12,704 nucleotides of DNA from Polyangiales bacterium (GTDB lineage Bacteria > Myxococcota_A > Polyangia > Polyangiales > Houyiibacteriaceae). Under the pieces are notes generated by a model. It saw nothing but the letters and a program-made list of their open reading frames with translations, was not told where the DNA came from and did no database searches. Positions 8,058-12,704 of the stretch are shown piece by piece. How positions within the stretch are numbered: the first letter of the stretch is position 1; every line of letters starts with the position of its first letter. The stretch lies in the NCBI GenBank assembly GCA_045106895.1, contig JBGCFM010000072.1, forward strand, positions 1 to 12,704, read 5' to 3'. A program made the translations under genes and the position numbers.

Positions 8058-9017
8058 TCAGTCGATTTCGATGTCGATGTCGCAGCCGTCGGTGAGCTGA
8101 ACGCCACCGTCGTACTCGATGCCACAGCTCTCGGCGCCGGTGCCCCACTTGAGGCCATCGGATGCGCGCGTCGCCGCGATATCAAGCTCGTAAGAGCCTG
8201 CGGCGAGCGTTGGGAAGTCGTCCTCGTGGAAGACGAGGGTGTCGGTGCAAGCAACCTCGACGTCGCTGTAGAGGGGAGAGCCCTCGCCGGCGATGTAAAG
8301 CATGATGGTGATGTTGTCGCCTGGTGCCGTCAGCATCGCGTCCGCGCAAGTGCCGTAGACCGTGCTGTCGATGGCCTCTTGCCAGAAGAGAGGAACCGTC
8401 ATCTCATTCGCAAGGCTGATGAGGAAGTCAGGCGTCGCAACCGTCGCGTGCTGTGGCGGGTTGTTGAGAACGAGGTCGAGGGGGTCGGTCATCGCGATGA
8501 CCGCGCCGCTCGCGTCGAGAGCTTCCCAGAAGGACGTGTAGGCCACGTTGAACTCAATGGTGGGCTCGGTCGCGTCGGTGCGGGAGTCAAAGAGCTGGTT
8601 GGCACATGGAATCGTCCAGCTTGCGTCACCAAGGGTGTCTGCCGTGTTGACGTTGAAACGAACGTTGGCGATGCCAGCCTCCGCGCAGGTCTGAGCGCTC
8701 GCTGCGACGCCGTTGATGAGCCACATCCCATCAAGGGTTCCGATGTCGGCAACAACCTCGTTGCAGCCGTTCGCCAAGGTGCCCGCCTCGGCGGGGCACT
8801 CGTCCATCTGATTGCGCACGCCGTCGCCGTCATCGTCTTCGAGGGAACAGCCAAAGGCGTCCACTGCATCCGCGAGCGAAGTCCCCGGGCAGTCATCGAC
8901 CCCATCTTCAATGCCGTCGCCATCAAAGTCCGTCGTGACGGTGATCTCACAACCGGTGCCAAGGGCTACCAATGCCAATACCGACGCCAGGTAGGTCAGT
9001 TTCTTTGAAAAGTTCAT
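8058..9017 (-). CDS. Acidic lipoprotein with two TSP3-like Ca-binding repeats and two Cys-containing domains of unknown function (319 aa)
   Basis: GGAGGA (9021-9026) lies just before ATG 9017. Signal peptide MNFSKKLTYLASVLALVALGTG-C. Repeats 'DFDGDGIEDGVDDCPGT...GC' and 'DDDGDGVRNQMDECPAE...GC' at about 8763-8930. Has its own terminator. Confidence 0.85.
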   Translation of the reverse strand: MNFSKKLTYLASVLALVALGTGCEITVTTDFDGDGIEDGVDDCPGTSLADAVDAFGCSLEDDDGDGVRNQMDECPAEAGTLANGCNEVVADIGTLDGMWLINGVAASAQTCAEAGIANVRFNVNTADTLGDASWTIPCANQLFDSRTDATEPTIEFNVAYTSFWEALDASGAVIAMTDPLDLVLNNPPQHATVATPDFLISLANEMTVPLFWQEAIDSTVYGTCADAMLTAPGDNITIMLYIAGEGSPLYSDVEVACTDTLVFHEDDFPTLAAGSYELDIAATRASDGLKWGTGAESCGIEYDGGVQLTDGCDIDIEID

Positions 9018-9138
9018 GTATCCTCCAAGGATCGGGGCGACTTGCCCCCTAAAAAAATCAAGCTCTTCCAAAAGAGAGCAAAGCTCCCCATTCACGTTCA
9101 CGTCGACGCTGGGCCGCCGCGAAGATTCACTGCGCGGC

Positions 9139-9167
9139 AGAATGGCAAAGGGCACCAGCCGGGTCAA
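9139..9167 (-). promoter_or_regulatory. Putative sigma-70-type promoter of the TSP3 lipoprotein gene
   Basis: Minus strand TTGACC-N17-CATTCT with a TGn extended -10. Predicted transcription start is near 9132. Confidence 0.55.
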
Positions 9168-9259
9168 CGGCGTGGGTAAAACCGGCGAGAAAGTGGGAGT
9201 ATCTCCTGCAAATCCCCCGATCTGTTGCCACGGGGAGCCCAGACCCGTAAGAGAATAGG

Positions 9260-9979
9260 ATGCGTTTCCCGCCCCTCACGCCGCTCGTGAAGACGATTCT
9301 CTTCGTCATTACGGGGTGTTTCGTCACGCAGCTCACCCTTGAGGTGTGGATGGGTCAAGACTGGGTGCAGTGGCTCGCCCTTTTTCCAGAGCCAGGCCTC
9401 CACACGCTTTGGCAGATCTTCAGCTTCCCGATCTACCAGTCCGGCGAGGTTTGGGGCTTTCTCCTCTCGTTCATCTTCTTCTGGTGGTGCGTCGCTCCCT
9501 ACGAGCTGGCCTTTGGGAAGAGGCTCACCATGGGCGTGCTGGCTGTCTGCGGCGTCACCAGCGCCGTTCCGGTCCTGCTTTTCGGCGCATTCTTTAGTGA
9601 TGCGGGTTCCTACACCACGGTCGCCCTGGGACCGCTGACGGCGACCTCGCTCTTCTCGATTCACGCCCACACCCTGGGCGTCATCGCGGCGTACGTGTGG
9701 TCAATGCGTTTCCGCGGAAACATGAACTTTTTCGGCGTTCTCTCCCTCTCGGCAAAGCAGGCACTCCTGCTCCTCGTCGCCTACACGGGCCTCCAGTTCC
9801 TCGCGACGACGAACGTCACCATCGTGCTTGCCAATGTCGGAGCCATCGGCGGTGGGCTATGGTTCACCGAACAGCTGAGCAAGGGACCGAAGACACGAAA
9901 CAAGAAGAAAGTGGAGAACAAGGCGGGTCTACACGTCGTCCAAGGCGGCAAGGACGACCCCCCTCAATGGCTCAACTGA
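9260..9979 (+). CDS. Rhomboid-superfamily membrane protein, apparently catalytically inactive
   Basis: N-terminal 'PPLTPLVKTILFV', 'LWQIFSFP' (WR/WQ loop motif), 'FFWWCVAPYELAFG' (E-x-x-x-G motif), 'NFFGVLSLSAK', about six hydrophobic segments and a basic tail. No GxSG or HxxG motif. Confidence 0.7.
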   Translation: MRFPPLTPLVKTILFVITGCFVTQLTLEVWMGQDWVQWLALFPEPGLHTLWQIFSFPIYQSGEVWGFLLSFIFFWWCVAPYELAFGKRLTMGVLAVCGVTSAVPVLLFGAFFSDAGSYTTVALGPLTATSLFSIHAHTLGVIAAYVWSMRFRGNMNFFGVLSLSAKQALLLLVAYTGLQFLATTNVTIVLANVGAIGGGLWFTEQLSKGPKTRNKKKVENKAGLHVVQGGKDDPPQWLN

Positions 9980-9985
9980 TAAGGT

Positions 9986-10002
9986 TCGGCACGCCACTTG
10001 CT
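9986..10002 (+). promoter_or_regulatory. Sigma-54 (-24/-12) promoter
   Basis: TCGGCACGCCACTTGCT versus consensus YTGGCACG-N4-TTGCW, one mismatch. GG (9988-9989)-N10-GC (10000-10001) spacing is exact. It is intergenic and points at the gene starting at 10084. Confidence 0.8.
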
Positions 10003-10083
10003 CTACCTAGCGCGAAGGAGCCGCGAATCGCCGTTATTGTGAACCGTGGTGCACACTCAAGGAACTGAAGGAGAGATACGCTG

Positions 10084-10437
10084 ATGATGAACCACCTTGG
10101 AAAATGCTTTGCTGTTGCTTTTGCCATGATGGCCGGCGGCTGCATTGTCACCGCCGACACGTACGAAGAATGCATCACTGACACCGACTGCTTCTCGAAC
10201 GACTACTGCCAGCCCTTCTCAAGCGGAACGGTCGACACGGCGATCTGCACGCAGCAGTGCTTCAGCAACGCCGACTGTCCGACGACCCTCTCAGGATTCG
10301 AAGGCGTTTGTTTGCCCTTCTCCGTCTTCGACGCCTGCGTCGAGAGCTGCCGCGACGACTTTGATTGCTCCTCCGGTTTTGCGTGCGAACCTGAATCTCT
10401 CACCGGGTTTAACTACCTAGTCTGCGTGCCACGCTAA
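10084..10437 (+). CDS. Small Cys-rich lipoprotein, copy 1 (12 Cys after the lipobox Cys)
   Basis: AAGGAG at 10068-10073. Signal 'MMNHLGKCFAVAFAMMAGG-C'. Three C-x2-[DN]-x-D-C-xn-C-xn-C modules. A close paralogue is adjacent. Confidence 0.88.
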   Translation: MMNHLGKCFAVAFAMMAGGCIVTADTYEECITDTDCFSNDYCQPFSSGTVDTAICTQQCFSNADCPTTLSGFEGVCLPFSVFDACVESCRDDFDCSSGFACEPESLTGFNYLVCVPR

Positions 10438-10817
10438 TGAACACACTACTGAAATCCTTCGCCATGATGGCCGTTCTCTCGAGCACCGGCTGTATCATTG
10501 AGACAGACCCCATCGGACCCGTTCCGGTGCGCGCGGACACCTACGAAGAGTGCTCATTCGATAGCGACTGCTTCTCCAGTGACTACTGCGAGAATCTGTC
10601 CAGCAGCACCGTCGACACGGCTATCTGTACCCAGGCGTGCTTCAACAACCGTGACTGCCCCACAACGAACGCGGGCTTCGAGGGTGTATGTCTTCCCTAC
10701 GGGACGTACGATGCTTGCGTCGAGAGTTGCCGTGACAACTTCGATTGCCCGACAGGCTTCAACTGCGAAGTCGAGTCTCTGACGGGCTTCGACTACCTCA
10801 TCTGCGTTCCTCGCTGA
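10437..10817 (+). CDS. Small Cys-rich lipoprotein, copy 2
   Basis: TAATG overlap with copy 1. Signal 'MNTLLKSFAMMAVLSSTG-C'. By manual ungapped alignment, 70 of 94 residues of the Cys-rich region are identical to copy 1. Confidence 0.88.
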   Translation: MNTLLKSFAMMAVLSSTGCIIETDPIGPVPVRADTYEECSFDSDCFSSDYCENLSSSTVDTAICTQACFNNRDCPTTNAGFEGVCLPYGTYDACVESCRDNFDCPTGFNCEVESLTGFDYLICVPR

Positions 10818-10831
10818 GCAACACCAAAAAG

Positions 10832-10864
10832 AAAAACCGGAGCCCTCGCGGGTTCCGGTTTTTT
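10832..10864. terminator. Bidirectional intrinsic terminator between convergent genes
   Basis: AAAAACCGGAGCCC-TCGC-GGGTTCCGGTTTTTT: a hairpin flanked by an A-run and a T-run, between the stops at 10817 (+) and 10890 (-). Confidence 0.9.
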
Positions 10865-10889
10865 CATTCCGTCACGCCCGCGCCTTGAA

Positions 10890-12704
10890 CTAGAACAAGA
10901 ACCCGACCCGCGCGCGAACCAATCCGAGGGTCCCCAGGCCCTCACCGTTCGCATCGTCAAAAGCATTGCCCGGGAACAGAACGCCACCCTCGACGCCACC
11001 CTGCAGGCGGAAGCCAAACTTTAGGTCCGTGTGAAACATGACGCTGGCGTCGAGCTCGAATCCGAGGCCGCGATTCGAGGAGTCTCCGCCCAAAGGTCCC
11101 ACGGTGCGACTCTGACTTCGCTGGCGATAAACATCGACAACGTCAGACGTGGCGCGGCCCCATACCCAGCCGAGCCGAATATCCATGAAGTCTGTTGGAC
11201 GGACGTTCCACCAGTTGAAAAGATAACCCGCACCGGCAACTCCGCCGTTTGTCGGAAGAAGGTCGGCTCCCGGCGCGCCGCGCCCCACGAGCTGCGCGTC
11301 CGTTGCAAGGGTGGAAGAGCGCGCCGAATGCCACGCCATCAGCTCGGGGAAGAGAATCAATCCGATCCTGTGATCGGGGTGCATCGTGGCGCGCCGCTGG
11401 ACGGCGTCTTCGGTGTTGGAGTCGCCGGACGTGTAGCCGGCTTCCAGGAATACATCGAAGTTCTCGCTCGTCCGGCCAGCCTGGAAGGCGAACATCGACT
11501 GATTCACATCGAAGACCGCTCGGTCCGCAGTGCGTGAGTACGTCGTGTCACCACGAATGTGAACGCCCTCGAATGCGAGAGTAATCACGCCCTTACCCGT
11601 CGGGTCGTCGAAACGAGTCTGGGCAAAGAGGTCCATCGCCCAGACGTCGAGGCGGTCCTCGGGAGCGCCGTCTTCAATGGAACGTCGCCCGGAGCGACGA
11701 ACGACATACGCGCCGACGATATCGTCGGATGCGTCGCCGTAGGAGAGCGCGAGGATTCCCTGGTACGCCTTCTCACCGTCCGTTAGACGCGCGAGTGGAT
11801 CTCGAAAGACCAGGTCGCCCGCGACTGCGATGGTGAAGGGGACGTCACGCCCTGCCGGACGCGTACCGAAGGCGAGACGAATGCTCGTGTTTCCATACTT
11901 GTAGTCACCGAAGGGCGACTCATGCGCGCCATCGTTTGCGAGGAGACCAAGGCCCCAGTGAGAAGGCTGAAGGCCCGCGCGGATAACGCCCCAAGGGTTG
12001 AGCGATTCAAGGTAGAGCCAGCGCGGTTCGACGCCGACGCTTGAGAACGCTTCGCCCTCAAGACGGGAACGGTCCGCCGCCTCCACACCGTTGGTGGTCT
12101 CTCCGAAGAGCATCCCGTCGGCGACGTCCATCTGGCCGACGAGGCGAAGTCGATCGTGCCAGTTGAGTTCGGCGGTGAGACGCAACCAACTCGAAGCCCA
12201 CCAGTTTTGCCCAAGCTCGGAGTCGAGGCCCGTCCGCTCTTCCGTGTGGAGCGGAACATCTCCCATCACGCTGAAACGAAAACGAAACTCGCCGTGGATC
12301 GAAGGTACCGGCATCCACCAGGGGCGCTCCTCTTCTTCGTCCTCGCCGTCTGCAGGCGGCTCCGCGACATCCTCTTCGAGCGCCTCGACTTCCTCGACAA
12401 GCGGGGGCTCGGGGACGTCATTGTCGGACTCCGTCGCCACTGGCGCCGCGATGGGCGCATCAGGTGTCGCGGGAACTTCCGGCGTGGCTGGAGCTTCCGG
12501 CGTCGCGGGGGCTTCGCGTGTTCCGGGAACTTCCGGTGTCGCGGGAGCCGCCGGCGTCGCGGGAGCCGCCGGCGTCGCGGGAGCCGCCGGCGTCGCGGGA
12601 GCTTCCGGCGTCGCGGGAGCTTCCGGCGTCGCGGGAGCTTCCGGCGTCGCGGGAGCTTCCGGCGTCGCGGGAGCTTCCGGCGTCGCGGGAGCTTCCGGCG
12701 TTGG
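10890..12704 (-). CDS. Outer-membrane beta-barrel protein with an N-terminal Pro/Ala/Thr repeat linker, 5' end outside the window
   Basis: The frame stays open beyond GTG 12440 to the window end. Amphipathic strands ('GEFRFRFSV', 'WLRLTAEL', 'GFELDASV') and a C-terminal beta-signal 'VRARVGFLF'. 'GLQPSHWGLGLLANDG' and 'EAGYTSGD...PDHRIGLILF' recall myxobacterial TIGR04551-like or alginate-export-like barrels (family assignment from memory, unverified). Confidence 0.8.
   Translation of the reverse strand, partial: PTPEAPATPEAPATPEAPATPEAPATPEAPATPEAPATPAAPATPAAPATPAAPATPEVPGTREAPATPEAPATPEVPATPDAPIAAPVATESDNDVPEPPLVEEVEALEEDVAEPPADGEDEEEERPWWMPVPSIHGEFRFRFSVMGDVPLHTEERTGLDSELGQNWWASSWLRLTAELNWHDRLRLVGQMDVADGMLFGETTNGVEAADRSRLEGEAFSSVGVEPRWLYLESLNPWGVIRAGLQPSHWGLGLLANDGAHESPFGDYKYGNTSIRLAFGTRPAGRDVPFTIAVAGDLVFRDPLARLTDGEKAYQGILALSYGDASDDIVGAYVVRRSGRRSIEDGAPEDRLDVWAMDLFAQTRFDDPTGKGVITLAFEGVHIRGDTTYSRTADRAVFDVNQSMFAFQAGRTSENFDVFLEAGYTSGDSNTEDAVQRRATMHPDHRIGLILFPELMAWHSARSSTLATDAQLVGRGAPGADLLPTNGGVAGAGYLFNWWNVRPTDFMDIRLGWVWGRATSDVVDVYRQRSQSRTVGPLGGDSSNRGLGFELDASVMFHTDLKFGFRLQGGVEGGVLFPGNAFDDANGEGLGTLGLVRARVGFLF
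12459..12704 (-). repeat. Coding 18-bp tandem repeat, 13 full units plus one partial, encoding APATPE/APATPA
   Basis: On the + strand: five perfect TTCCGGCGTCGCGGGAGC units (12603-12692), three CGCCGGCGTCGCGGGAGC units (12549-12602), five degenerate units (12459-12548) and a partial unit at the window edge. Confidence 0.95.

Noticed and set aside
9034..9057. GGGGC/GCCCC hairpin plus A7 as an intrinsic terminator
   Set aside because: The polarity is wrong on both strands: A-run after the stem on +, U-run before the stem on -. I treat it as part of the leader instead.
9018..9167. ORF-track TTG start at 9167 for the TSP3 lipoprotein
   Set aside because: ATG 9017 has a GGAGGA SD and begins the signal peptide. 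The TTG coincides with the predicted -35 box.
9174..9215. GGGTAAAACC...GAAAGTGGGA resembling a c-di-GMP-I riboswitch
   Set aside because: The bases flanking GAAA do not pair, and the downstream CGCAAAGC element and second stem are absent.
10084..10817. Cys-rich ORFs as RiPP precursors, metallothioneins or ferredoxins, with the S9A peptidase as maturase
   Set aside because: Both have lipoprotein signal peptides and an even Cys count consistent with disulfides. There is no CxxCxxC or CxxCH motif and no radical SAM, LanM, YcaO or transporter gene nearby. The peptidase is about 7 kb away in another operon.
12459..12704. 18-bp repeats as a CRISPR array
   Set aside because: The units are head-to-tail with no unique spacers, the length is a multiple of 3 and in frame with a CDS, and no cas genes are present.

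Overview
A GC-rich bacterial chromosomal window with Myxococcota-like gene content (inference from the Cys-rich lipoproteins and the beta-barrel type). The left two-thirds is mostly housekeeping: the 3' end of a degenerate HATPase_c-like gene, a DUF423 membrane protein, a lipoprotein prolyl oligopeptidase (S9A) translationally coupled to an AidB-like acyl-CoA dehydrogenase, and a stand-alone sucA. The right third is a cell-envelope cluster. It holds a very acidic lipoprotein with thrombospondin type 3 (TSP3)-like repeats, a rhomboid-like protein lacking the catalytic dyad, two tandem paralogous 12-Cys lipoproteins behind a near-consensus sigma-54 promoter, and an outer-membrane beta-barrel whose N-terminal Pro/Ala/Thr linker is encoded by an 18-bp tandem repeat that runs off the window. 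I see no mobile element, CRISPR array, rRNA or tRNA. The envelope cluster is the best candidate for an undescribed system, but functional linkage among its genes cannot be shown from this sequence alone.
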